A stretch of DNA of 64,000 nucleotides from Candidatus Latescibacterota bacterium (GTDB taxonomy: Bacteria > Latescibacterota > UBA2968 > UBA8231): contig OZ220089.1 in the NCBI GenBank assembly GCA_964291625.2, positions 2,752,001 through 2,816,000 of the forward strand. Reading direction: 5' to 3'. Position numbers and translations under genes: made by a program. The stretch's first letter is position 1. Every line of letters starts with the position of its first letter. Under the pieces are notes generated by a model. It saw only the letters and a program-made list of their open reading frames with translations. It was not told where the DNA came from and searched no databases. Below, piece by piece: positions 31,294 through 40,055 of this stretch.

Positions 31294-31315
31294 TAGTCTA
31301 TATTGGACTACAATG
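31294..31315 (+). promoter_or_regulatory. putative TA operator and -10 element
   Basis: Inverted repeat TAGTC-N7-GACTA (31294-31310) overlapping TACAAT, directly upstream of the Phd antitoxin. Confidence 0.5.
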
Positions 31316-31353
31316 GCACCCCCATTACATTGGCACGCCGATCTGGAGGAGAG

Positions 31354-31644
31354 ATGACGGCCCGAAATCCGGAACCCCATCGCGTGTGGACCGTCGCAGA
31401 GGCCAAAGCACGCCTGTCCGAAGTCCTGCGCCGGGCCGAAGAGGAAGGGCCTCAGCATATCGGCACGCGGAAGTCTTTCGTCGTGGTCCCCGCCCACGTA
31501 TGGGCCGAGAAGGAGTCGAGGCGCCAACCGATGGGAGAGTGGCTGGTAGCCAACGTGCCCCGCGGCGCGAACCTCGATATCCCCGCAAGCAGAGAGTCCC
31601 GGCGGGAGACTCCCTTCATCTCCGAAGCGAGGGAGATGGGGTGA
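31354..31644 (+). CDS. Phd/YefM family antitoxin
   Basis: WTVAEAKARLSEVLRRAEEEGPQHI; GGAGGAG RBS; overlaps the PIN toxin start. Confidence 0.85.
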   Translation: MTARNPEPHRVWTVAEAKARLSEVLRRAEEEGPQHIGTRKSFVVVPAHVWAEKESRRQPMGEWLVANVPRGANLDIPASRESRRETPFISEAREMG

Positions 31645-32087
31645 GCGGGTTTCTTCTGGACACCAATGTGGTATCGGAGCTGACAAGGGACACACCCGAT
31701 CCGGGGGTCCTCGCTTTCCTGACCGAGCAGGACGACTTGTGGTTGTCCGCGATCGTGATGCATGAGCTGGAGTTCGGCCTGCAGCTGCTGCCGCCGGGAC
31801 GACGCCTGGACGGGTTGCGCTCGGCGCTGTCCGAGTTCATCTCGGCGTATGAGGACCGCATCCTACCCTTGGGAAGGACGGGCGCGGAGAGGGCCGCACG
31901 GCTCCGCGCGCAGGCACATCGCTCCGGTCGCGTCCTGGACGTGGGCGATGCGTTGATCGCCGGAACAGCCATGGTTCACGGCCTTTCGGTGGTGACGCGA
32001 AACGTCGGGGACTTCGCAGAGTTGAACGTCGAGATCACCAACCCCTGGTCCACCGTTGAATCAAAGGAGGATGATGATGATGAGTAA
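31641..32087 (+). CDS. vapC: VapC family PIN-domain toxin
   Basis: FLLDTNVVSEL, HELEFG, DALIAGTA and VVTRNVGDF motifs with acidic residues intact; GTG 31641. Confidence 0.9.
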   Translation: MSGFLLDTNVVSELTRDTPDPGVLAFLTEQDDLWLSAIVMHELEFGLQLLPPGRRLDGLRSALSEFISAYEDRILPLGRTGAERAARLRAQAHRSGRVLDVGDALIAGTAMVHGLSVVTRNVGDFAELNVEITNPWSTVESKEDDDDE

Positions 32088-33177
32088 GGTGAGAATGATG
32101 GCTTGTGCCCCAGTCGCCGCCGTCGTGACCATGCTGCCCTGGAACGGCGCCTTCGCCGAGGACCCGTCCCTGACCGTGGTCTCCTGGGGCGGCTCCTACG
32201 CCCGGGCCTGCGTCAAGGGCTACCACGAGCGTTTCACCGCCGAGACGGGGATCGCCATCAACCTCGAGGACTACAACGGCGGGTTGGCCCAGATCCGCGC
32301 CCAGGTCGACGTGGGCAACGTCTACTGGGACGTGGTCGACCTGGAGATCCCCGACCTCGTGCGCGGCTGCGACGAGGGCCTCCTCGAGTACCTGGAGATC
32401 GACTCGCTGGCGGCGGGCCCCGACGGCACGCCGGCGGCCGAGGACTTCGTCGAGGGCACGGTCACCGACTGCGGCCCCGCTACGATCTTCTACTCCACCG
32501 TCTACGCCTACAACGACGAGAACATCGAGGGCGAGAAGCCGGCCACCATGGCCGATTTCTTCGACCTGGAGAAGTTCCCCGGCCGCCGCGGCATGCGCCG
32601 TTCCCCGCTGGTCAACCTGGAGTTCGCCCTCATCGCCGACGGCGTCCCCCTCGACAGCGTCTACGCCGCCCTCGACACCCCGGAGGGCGTGGACCGCGCC
32701 TTCCGCAAGCTCGACACCATCAAGGACCAGATCGTCTGGTGGGAGGCCGGGGCCCAGCCGCCGCAGATGCTGGCCGACGGCGAGGTGGCCATGACCACGG
32801 CCTACAACGGCCGCATCTTCAACGCCCAGGTGCTGGAGGAGCAGCCCTTCGTCATCGTCTGGGACGGCCAGGTCCTGGACACGGGGGGCCTCGCCATCGT
32901 CGCCGGCACCCCCCGACTCGAGGCGGCGCGCCGGTTCGTCCACTTCGCCTCCACGGCCCGGGCCATCGCCGACGTGGGCCGCTACATCGCCTACAGCCCC
33001 ACGCGCAAATCGGCCATGCCCCTGATCTCCACCCACGCCGAGAAGGGCGTGGAGATGAACCCCCACATGCCCACGAGCGAGCAGAACGTCAGCCGCGCCC
33101 TGCACAACAACTGGGAGTGGTGGAGCGACCACGGCGACGAGATGAACGAGCGCTTCAGCACCTGGCTGGCCCGGTGA
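32080..33177 (+). CDS. polyamine-type ABC transporter substrate-binding protein (PotD-like)
   Basis: Signal peptide; LTVVSWGGSY, WDVVD, FFDLEKFPGRRG, LEFALIADGV and AYNGR motifs; AGGAGG RBS before four tandem ATGs, so the exact start is uncertain. Confidence 0.88.
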   Translation: MSKVRMMACAPVAAVVTMLPWNGAFAEDPSLTVVSWGGSYARACVKGYHERFTAETGIAINLEDYNGGLAQIRAQVDVGNVYWDVVDLEIPDLVRGCDEGLLEYLEIDSLAAGPDGTPAAEDFVEGTVTDCGPATIFYSTVYAYNDENIEGEKPATMADFFDLEKFPGRRGMRRSPLVNLEFALIADGVPLDSVYAALDTPEGVDRAFRKLDTIKDQIVWWEAGAQPPQMLADGEVAMTTAYNGRIFNAQVLEEQPFVIVWDGQVLDTGGLAIVAGTPRLEAARRFVHFASTARAIADVGRYIAYSPTRKSAMPLISTHAEKGVEMNPHMPTSEQNVSRALHNNWEWWSDHGDEMNERFSTWLAR

Positions 33178-33657
33178 GGGGGCAGTCCCGCGATCCGTAG
33201 CGCAGCGGGACCGGCCCTTCCCTCGGGCACCGGGCGAGAACCATGGCGGAGCGTAGATCGATGAAGACCGAGATCGAACGCGGTAGCGGCAACGTTTTTG
33301 CCGACTTGGGATTGCCGGATGCCGACGGGCACCTGCTCAAGGCGGAGCTGGTCACGCGGATCGACAGGATCATTCGCCAGCGCGGACTGAAACAGGTCGA
33401 GGCGGCAAAGTTGCTCGGGCTGTCCCAACCCGATGTGTCGCGCCTGCTGCGGGGGAGCTTTCGAGAGTACTCGATGGAGCGGCTCTTTCGCCTCCTGACC
33501 GCTCTGGGGCGCGACGTGAACATCGTGATTCGCGAGTGTTCCGAGCGACGGGGACGGCTCAAGGTCGACGCCTGATCGCGCGGCCGTGCTGCCGAGGGGG
33601 CGCGTGGGCACGGCGACAAGATGAACAAGCGCTTCAGCACCTGGCTGGCGCGGTGAG
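33130..33657 (+). repeat. 49-bp direct repeat (3' end of the PotD-like gene) flanking an XRE antitoxin gene
   Basis: 33130-33178 vs 33609-33657, 46/49 identical, both including the TGA stop. Confidence 0.9.
33243..33575 (+). CDS. XRE/HTH_37 (HigA-like) orphan antitoxin / transcriptional regulator
   Basis: GSGNVFADLG, LKQVEAAKLLGLSQPDVSRLLRG and SMERLFRLLTALG; alternative start at ATG 33261. Confidence 0.88.
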   Translation: MAERRSMKTEIERGSGNVFADLGLPDADGHLLKAELVTRIDRIIRQRGLKQVEAAKLLGLSQPDVSRLLRGSFREYSMERLFRLLTALGRDVNIVIRECSERRGRLKVDA

Positions 33658-33687
33658 CGGAGCCGATCGAAGGGAGATCAGGATGGG

Positions 33688-33933
33688 CGCGACCTACGTC
33701 GAAAGCTGGCCGCCGAGCGGGAGCTGGTCATCACCCGGGACGGCAGGCCCTCGGCTCTGATGATCAGTGTCTCGCCGGAGACCGTGGAGGACTCCTTGCG
33801 TGAGGTTCGTCGGGCGCTGTTCTCGGCCGCGGTCAGCCGTGTGCGGAGGCGGGCCGAGAAGGAAGGAATACCGGCCGACGCGGCGATTGCGGCGGCGATC
33901 GATCGGAGCAGGAGGGCCCGCGGCCTGTCTTGA
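33688..33933 (+). pseudogene. N-terminally truncated Phd/YefM-type antitoxin
   Basis: Manual translation RDLRRKLAAERELVITRDGRPSALMISVSPETVEDSLREVRRA..IAAAIDRSRRARGLS*; no start codon at the expected position. Confidence 0.65.
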
Positions 33934-34166
33934 GAGTGGTTGTCGACACCAACCCCGACAACAGCGCACTCCGCATTGCTCCTCGACTGGTCCTGCCCCC
34001 CTTGCCGGATCCCGGTGACACGCCCTTCCTGGAGGTGGCCTTGTCCGAGGGGGGGGTGACAGGGAATGCGAGCCACTTCCCCCCGGAGAGGCGGAGAAAC
34101 TGCGAAGTGCTCAGTCCAGGAGAGTTTCTCCACACGCACTTTCCTGCCGGGTCAGAGGGCGAATGA
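33930..34166 (+). pseudogene. PIN-family toxin remnant with internal deletion
   Basis: MRVVVDTN joined directly to C-terminal LPDPGDTPFLEVAL..VTGNASHF..VLSPGEFL; only 78 aa, central part missing. Confidence 0.72.
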
Positions 34167-35377
34167 CCTCCGGGGAGAACATCAGGACCCACACCCTCCG
34201 CCCCCGGCTGCGCGCCGCGGGGCTGGTCCTGCCCCTGCTGGCCTTCATCGGCCTGACCTTCATCGCCCCCCTGGGGACGATGCTGGTGCGCAGCGTCTAC
34301 GACCCCGTGGTGGCCGACGTCCTGCCGGAAACCCTCGGTCTGCTGCGTGACTGGGACGGCGAAGGGGCTCCCGCCGAGGCGGTCTTCGAGGCGGCGGCGC
34401 GGGAGCTGGTGAAGGCGCGGGCGGACCGCACCCTCGGCCAGGTGGCGACCCGCGTCAACCGCGTCCAGGGGGGGCTGCGCAGCGTCCTGACCCGCAGCGC
34501 CCGCAAGCTGCAGCGCGTCGACGAGGGGCCCTGGCGCGAGGCGATGGTCGGCGCCGACAAGGCCTGGGGCGACCCCGCGACCTGGCACGCCCTGCGCAGC
34601 GCCGGGGAGCGGATCACCGCGCGCCACTACCTCAACGCCCTCGACCTGCGGCGGCTGCCGGACGGCTCCGTCGGCCGCCAGCCGGAGGAGCGCCGCATCT
34701 ACGTGGCCCTCCTGGGGCGGACCCTGCTGGTGAGCCTCGGCATCACCGCCCTGTGCCTGCTTCTCGGCTACCCCGTGGCCCACCTGATCGCCCACGCGCC
34801 GCCGAAGCGCGCCCACCTGCTGCTGGCCCTGGTGCTCGTCCCGTTCTGGACGTCGCTGCTGGTGCGCACCACCTCGTGGATCGTCCTGCTCCAGAACCAG
34901 GGGGTCCTCAACGACGCTCTCGTGGCCCTCGGGCTGATCGGCGACGACGGCCGGCTGGCCCTGGTCTACAACATGACCGGCACCTTCGTGGCCATGACCC
35001 ACGTGCTGCTGCCCTTCATGGTCCTGCCCCTGTACTCGATCATGCGCTCCATCCCGCCGGTGCAGATGAGCGCCGCCGCCTCCCTGGGGGCCGGTCCGGT
35101 GCAGGCCTTCTTTCGCGTCTACTGGCCCCAGACCCTGCCCGGGGTGGGGGCCGGCTCGCTGCTGGTCTTCATTCTCGCCATCGGCTACTACATCACCCCG
35201 GCCCTGGTGGGCGGCAGCCGCGGCCAGCTCATCTCCAACATGATCGCCTACCACATGCAGACCTCCCTCAACTGGCCCCTCGCCGCGGCCCTGGGGGGCC
35301 TCCTGCTGGTCTGCGTCATGGTCCTCTACCGGCTCTACGACCGCCTCGTGGGGGTCGAGGGCATGAGGCTCGGCTGA
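34163..35377 (+). CDS. polyamine-type ABC transporter permease (PotB-like)
   Basis: LVPFWTSLLVRT, HVLLPFMVLPLYS, AAASLGA and GYYITPALVGG motifs. Confidence 0.9.
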   Translation: MTSGENIRTHTLRPRLRAAGLVLPLLAFIGLTFIAPLGTMLVRSVYDPVVADVLPETLGLLRDWDGEGAPAEAVFEAAARELVKARADRTLGQVATRVNRVQGGLRSVLTRSARKLQRVDEGPWREAMVGADKAWGDPATWHALRSAGERITARHYLNALDLRRLPDGSVGRQPEERRIYVALLGRTLLVSLGITALCLLLGYPVAHLIAHAPPKRAHLLLALVLVPFWTSLLVRTTSWIVLLQNQGVLNDALVALGLIGDDGRLALVYNMTGTFVAMTHVLLPFMVLPLYSIMRSIPPVQMSAAASLGAGPVQAFFRVYWPQTLPGVGAGSLLVFILAIGYYITPALVGGSRGQLISNMIAYHMQTSLNWPLAAALGGLLLVCVMVLYRLYDRLVGVEGMRLG

Positions 35378-36186
35378 TGGCCCGCTACGTCTACCTGGGC
35401 TTCTGCGCCGCCGTCTTCGCCTTCCTGGTGGCGCCGATCCTGGTGATCGTGCCCCTCAGCTTCAACGCCGAGCCCTACTTCACCTTCACCGAGGGCATGC
35501 TCCGCCTCGACCCCGAGGCCTGGTCCCTGCGCTGGTACCGCCAGATCGTCGAGGAGGATGTCTGGCGGCGGGCCTTGGCCAACAGCCTGATCATCGGCGT
35601 GGCGGCCACGGCCCTGGCCACCTCCCTGGGGACGCTGGCCGCCCTCGGGCTGTCGAGCGCCTTCATGCCCGCCCGGCGCCTGGCCATGGGGCTGCTGATC
35701 TCCCCCATGGTGACGCCGGTGATCATCGCCGCGGCGGGCATGTTCTTCTTCTACTCGGGCCTGGGGCTCTCCCAGACCCACCTCGGGCTGATCCTGGCCC
35801 ACGCCGCCCTGGGCACGCCCTTCGTGGTGATCACGGTGACCGCCACCCTGTCGGCCTTCGACACCAACCTGACTCGCGCCGCCGCCAGCCTCGGCGCCGG
35901 CCCGCTGCGCACCTTCCGCAGCGTGCAGCTTCCGCTCATCGCTCCCGGGGTCATCTCGGGGGCCCTCTTCGCCTTCGCCACCTCCTTCGACGAGGTGGTG
36001 GCCGTGCTCTTCATGGCCGGCATCGAGCAGCGCACCATCCCGCGCCAGATGTGGGCCGGCATCCGCGAGCAGATAAGCCCCGCCATCCTGGCGGTGGCGA
36101 CCTTCCTCATCCTCTTCGCGGTGCTGCTGCTGTTTGCGGTGGAGTGGCTGCGCCGGCGGTCGGCGGCGAGCGCGGCTGCCGCCTGA
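35377..36186 (+). CDS. polyamine-type ABC transporter permease (PotC-like)
   Basis: VIVPLSFN, SLRWY, AAASLGA and FATSFDEVV motifs; TGATG coupling. Confidence 0.9.
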   Translation: MARYVYLGFCAAVFAFLVAPILVIVPLSFNAEPYFTFTEGMLRLDPEAWSLRWYRQIVEEDVWRRALANSLIIGVAATALATSLGTLAALGLSSAFMPARRLAMGLLISPMVTPVIIAAAGMFFFYSGLGLSQTHLGLILAHAALGTPFVVITVTATLSAFDTNLTRAAASLGAGPLRTFRSVQLPLIAPGVISGALFAFATSFDEVVAVLFMAGIEQRTIPRQMWAGIREQISPAILAVATFLILFAVLLLFAVEWLRRRSAASAAAA

Positions 36187-36210
36187 GGGGCGGGTCCCCG
36201 GCGTCCTGAC

Positions 36211-36237
36211 GGATCGCCGCCCGGCCGGGGGCGATCC
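36211..36237. terminator. GC-rich hairpin between convergent genes
   Basis: ggatcgccgcccggccgggggcgatcc inverted repeat; no clear U tract. Confidence 0.4.
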
Positions 36238-36245
36238 TCTTCCTC

Positions 36246-37856
36246 TCAGTCGTCGAGCAGGGTCCGGGCGACCTGCCGCGCCTCGTCCAGCGTCTCGACG
36301 ACTCGCTCGCCGGGCACCTCCCGCAGGACGTCGAGGGTGTCCAGGGTCTGCTCCACGGAGCCGGAGAGACCGATGACCACGCACTCCGTCTCTTCCTTGC
36401 CGGCCACCTCGATCAGCTGGCGGATCAGCATGGCGGCGCTGTCGTCGAGGTAGGTCGCTCCCGAGAAGTCGAAGATGACGACCTCGTGGTCCTTGATGTC
36501 GCCGCCGATGACGGCCACCAGCTTGGTGGAGGAGGCGACGGTGAAGCTGCCCCGGAGGGCCACCAGGCCGACCCGGGCGGCGAAGGGGTCGGCGTCCTCA
36601 CCCTCCCGCTCGAGGAAGGTCTGGTCCAGCAGGGGCACGGATACGACGCTGTCGAGCTCCAGGCTCTCGAGCTGGCGGGCGTTGGCCATGCCCGCGGCGA
36701 TCAGGCCGATGGCCACCGCCGTCACCAAGTCGACGAAGACCGTCAGCCCCAGGGTGATCCCCATGACCAGCAGGTGCTCGCGGCGGATGCGGTGGATGCG
36801 CCTGAGCATGCGCCAGTCGATGATGTCCCAGCCGACCTTCATGAGGATGCCGGCGAGGGCGGCGTGGGGGATCGGCTCGACGAAGCGGCCGAGGCCCAGC
36901 AGCAGCGCCAGCAGGAGGACGGCCCGCAGGGCGCCCGAGACCTGGGTCTGACCGCCGGCGCGGATGTTGGTCACCGTGCCCATGGTGGCGCCGGCTCCCG
37001 GCACGCCCCCGAAGAGCCCGGAGATCATGTTGCCGATGCCCTGGCCCACCAGCTCCCGGTTGGCGTTGTGGCGCGTGCCCGTCAGCGAGTCGGCCACCAG
37101 GGAGGTGAGGAGGCTGTCGATCGAGCCGAGGAGGGCGAGAATGAGGGCCGGCTCGATGGCGCGGGCGAGGAAGGCGGCGGAGGGGATGGAGAGCTGCAGG
37201 CTCGGCAGGTCGGTCGGCACCGGTCCGATGACGGGCGCTTCGTTCAGCCAGAGCACGCCCAGGAAGGTGCCGGCGAGAAGGGCGACCAGGAGGGGGGGCA
37301 TGTACCGGGCGAGCCGGGAGGGCCAGAGCACGGCCGCGGCGAGGGTGACGGCGGCGATGGCCAAGGCGCCGAAGTCGACGCCGGCCACCGCCTCGGGCAG
37401 GGCGGCCACGGCGCCCATCGGGCCGCCCGGAGCCGTGGGCGCCCCGAGGAAGGGCATCGCCTGGATCAGGAGGATGATGATGCCGATGCCGGACATGAAG
37501 CCGGAGATGACCACGTACGGCGTGTAGGCCACGAAGCGGCCCACCTTCGACAACCCCAGGAGCACCTGCAGCAGGCCCGCGAGGACGACGATCGTCAGGG
37601 CCTCGGGAAGGGTCTCGGCGCGGCTCGTGACGATCACCGCCATGGCCACGGCCATGGGCCCCGTGGGGCCGGAGATCTGGGAGCGGGTGCCGCCGAAGAT
37701 CGAGGCGAAGAAGCCGACGGCGATGGCGCCGTAGAGGCCGGCCGCCGCCCCCATGCCCGAGGCGACGCCGAAGGCCAGGGCCACGGGCAGGCCCACCACC
37801 ATGGAGGTGACCCCGCCGAAGAAGTCCCCGCGCAGGGTCTGGAGGTTGTAGTTCAC
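36246..37856 (-). CDS. SulP/SLC26 family anion transporter with STAS domain (BicA-like)
   Basis: GDFFGGVT, LPVALAFGVASG, QISGPTGPM and NRELVGQGIGN motifs; STAS FDFSGATYLDDS. Confidence 0.92.
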   Translation of the reverse strand: MNYNLQTLRGDFFGGVTSMVVGLPVALAFGVASGMGAAAGLYGAIAVGFFASIFGGTRSQISGPTGPMAVAMAVIVTSRAETLPEALTIVVLAGLLQVLLGLSKVGRFVAYTPYVVISGFMSGIGIIILLIQAMPFLGAPTAPGGPMGAVAALPEAVAGVDFGALAIAAVTLAAAVLWPSRLARYMPPLLVALLAGTFLGVLWLNEAPVIGPVPTDLPSLQLSIPSAAFLARAIEPALILALLGSIDSLLTSLVADSLTGTRHNANRELVGQGIGNMISGLFGGVPGAGATMGTVTNIRAGGQTQVSGALRAVLLLALLLGLGRFVEPIPHAALAGILMKVGWDIIDWRMLRRIHRIRREHLLVMGITLGLTVFVDLVTAVAIGLIAAGMANARQLESLELDSVVSVPLLDQTFLEREGEDADPFAARVGLVALRGSFTVASSTKLVAVIGGDIKDHEVVIFDFSGATYLDDSAAMLIRQLIEVAGKEETECVVIGLSGSVEQTLDTLDVLREVPGERVVETLDEARQVARTLLDD

Positions 37857-37882
37857 GACGCTCTCCCGGCCGCTTCCGCGCG

Positions 37883-38734
37883 TCAGGCCGGGAGGCGGGT
37901 CCAGGCGGTCACGTGGGGGGGCAGGCGCAGGGGCCGCTTGGAGGCCACCACCTCCTGCCGCACCCGCCCGGCCAGGGTATCCACGTCGACCTGGTCGGCG
38001 GTGGCCATGCCGAACTGCTCCAGCAGCGGGACCAGGCTGCGGAAGCTGTTGGCGATGAAGGAGTAGCCCGCCCAGCCCTCGGGGCCGCCCACGGGGGACT
38101 CGAAGTGCATGTCGGGCTCGGGCAGGCCGGCCTCGACGTAGGCGCGGTAGAGGTCGAAGCCCATGTCGGTATGCGCCCCCGAGCGCTCGAAGACGCCCAG
38201 CCCCCAGTCGACGAGCTGGTTCATCAGGGGCGTGTCGTCGTGATACGTATTGCGGTAAGGGCTGAAATCGACCTCCTGGAAGGCGACGATCCCGCCGGGG
38301 CGCACGCGCGCCGACAGCTGCCCGAGGGCTTCGGCGGGATCGGCCATGTACATGAGGACCAGCCGGCCGATGAGGGCGTCGAAGTCCTGGCCGAGATCGA
38401 GGGTGCGGGCGTCTCCGGCGACGAACTCGACGTTGGCGAGCCCCGCTTCCCCGGCCCGGGCCCTGGCCGTCTCGAGGATCTCCGGGTTCACGTCGACGCC
38501 GACCACGGAACCCTCCGGTCCGACCAGCTCGGCGGCGGTCATGGCCACGTCGCCGGTGCCGCTGCCGATGTCGAGGACTCTCATGCCGCTCTCCAGGCCC
38601 GCCATGTTCAGCATCCGCCGCGTCACCGCGTCGTAGAGCTGCGACTGCTGGATCAGGCGCTCCTCCTCCTCCTTGCTGCGGCCCATCGTGTACTGGGCGT
38701 CACCCTTCGTCTCGCTCACCCGTTCCTCCTCCAT
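37883..38734 (-). CDS. class I SAM-dependent methyltransferase
   Basis: RVLDIGSGTGDV, VVGVD, FDALIGRLVLMY and RPGGIVAFQE motifs. Confidence 0.88.
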   Translation of the reverse strand: MEEERVSETKGDAQYTMGRSKEEEERLIQQSQLYDAVTRRMLNMAGLESGMRVLDIGSGTGDVAMTAAELVGPEGSVVGVDVNPEILETARARAGEAGLANVEFVAGDARTLDLGQDFDALIGRLVLMYMADPAEALGQLSARVRPGGIVAFQEVDFSPYRNTYHDDTPLMNQLVDWGLGVFERSGAHTDMGFDLYRAYVEAGLPEPDMHFESPVGGPEGWAGYSFIANSFRSLVPLLEQFGMATADQVDVDTLAGRVRQEVVASKRPLRLPPHVTAWTRLPA

Positions 38735-38765
38735 GCGGTGATGGCCTGCATCCAGCGGCGCCGCT

Positions 38766-39443
38766 TCAGCGGCTCCCGCACTTCTCCAGCCGCTGCCGGT
38801 CTTCCCGGCTCATGAACGGCCCGTGGGCCTCCAGGAACTCCGCCAGGGTCTGCGCCACCGTGGCCGTCGACGTGTCGAGGACGATCCGCCGCTGGATCAG
38901 GGACGCCTCGAACTCCTCCTCGAAGTGGGCCAGCACGTGCTCCACGTCCTGGTCGCGCACGATCGGGTGGGTGTGGGGGGCCTCCCTCATGCGCCGGCGG
39001 ATCACCTCCGGCGCCGCCTTCAGCAGGACCAGCACCGTGCCCGGCGCCTTGGCGAGCATCTCGCTCTCGAAGCGCCGCGCCATCTCGGTGCGCTGGCCCT
39101 CGGGGCTGCGCTTGGGGGCCAGGGAGTCCCGCCCGCCGTACCCGTAGTAGAGGGGCGCGTAGACCGCCTCCTCGATGACGAACCCCATCAGGTTGTGGTC
39201 GCCGTGGGAGTAGAAGGAGTCGCCCAGGTGGTAGGTCAGGGAGTAGCGCTGGAACATCTCCAGGAACTGGGGATGGACGGCCAGCACCGACTCCCGGGCC
39301 TCCGGCGTGAGCTCGCTGGAGGGCACGCTGAAGTGATCGTGGAAGTGGCTGGTCCCGCCCATGGCCTCGTCCGCCCAGTTGATCACTTCGCCGGCGAGGG
39401 TGGACTTGCCGGCGTACTCGCATCCCACGAAGACGAGGTTCAT
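38766..39443 (-). CDS. P-loop nucleoside/nucleotide kinase-like hypothetical protein
   Basis: N-terminal LVFVGCEYAGKSTLA; LVLLKAAPEVIRRR lid-like segment; C-terminal LDTS. Confidence 0.65.
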   Translation of the reverse strand: MNLVFVGCEYAGKSTLAGEVINWADEAMGGTSHFHDHFSVPSSELTPEARESVLAVHPQFLEMFQRYSLTYHLGDSFYSHGDHNLMGFVIEEAVYAPLYYGYGGRDSLAPKRSPEGQRTEMARRFESEMLAKAPGTVLVLLKAAPEVIRRRMREAPHTHPIVRDQDVEHVLAHFEEEFEASLIQRRIVLDTSTATVAQTLAEFLEAHGPFMSREDRQRLEKCGSR

Positions 39444-39451
39444 CGGCCACC

Positions 39452-39481
39452 TTGACAGGGGAAGAGGGGCCCGGCTATCCT
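39452..39481 (+). promoter_or_regulatory. putative sigma70 promoter
   Basis: TTGACA-N18-TATCCT shortly upstream of ATG 39503. Confidence 0.4.
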
Positions 39482-39502
39482 GCGGCGGCGGAATAATAGC
39501 AG

Positions 39503-40006
39503 ATGGCCACCCCCTCGCAATCCACCCCTGCCGGCCGGGCGCCCGCCTACCACCACACGCAGCCCGGCACCGTCATCGTGGCCTGCTGCGGCGCTGGCCT
39601 CCCCATCCCCTTTGCCCTCGCCGCGTGGACCAGCGGGGTCCCGCCCATCCTCTGGGCCATGTGGGCCGGGGGTCTGCTCCTGGTGATCCTGCTCTTCGCC
39701 AACCTGACGGTCCAGATCGCCGGCGAACACCTCCGGATCCGCTTCGGCATCGGTCTGATCCGCAAGCGCTGGCCCCTCGACGAAATCGAGGCCTGCCGCC
39801 CGTCCAGGACCTCCTGGGTCGATGGCTGGGGCATCCGCATGACTTCGGGGGGGTGGCTCTACAATGTCTCGGGGTTCGACGCCGTCGACCTCGAGCTGAA
39901 GGGCGGCAAGGCCTGCCGTATCGGCACCGACGAGCCCCAGGCGCTGTGCGCCGCCCTCGAGGAGGCGCTGGCCGCCCGCAACCCTCCGGATTCCGCGGGT
40001 CCCTGA
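39503..40006 (+). CDS. small membrane protein (two TM helices + PH-like domain)
   Basis: YHHTQPG, two hydrophobic helices, LRIRFGIG, GWGIR, WLYNVSG and IGTDEP motifs. Confidence 0.72.
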   Translation: MATPSQSTPAGRAPAYHHTQPGTVIVACCGAGLPIPFALAAWTSGVPPILWAMWAGGLLLVILLFANLTVQIAGEHLRIRFGIGLIRKRWPLDEIEACRPSRTSWVDGWGIRMTSGGWLYNVSGFDAVDLELKGGKACRIGTDEPQALCAALEEALAARNPPDSAGP

Positions 40007-40055
40007 CCGCGGACCCCGCGTCGCCGGGAGCGGGCGCTTCCGGCGAGCACGCGTG

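Noticed and set aside
32070-32083. (GAT)n / four tandem ATG codons as a contingency repeat
   Set aside because: A triplet repeat of four units cannot shift the frame; it only makes the start ambiguous.
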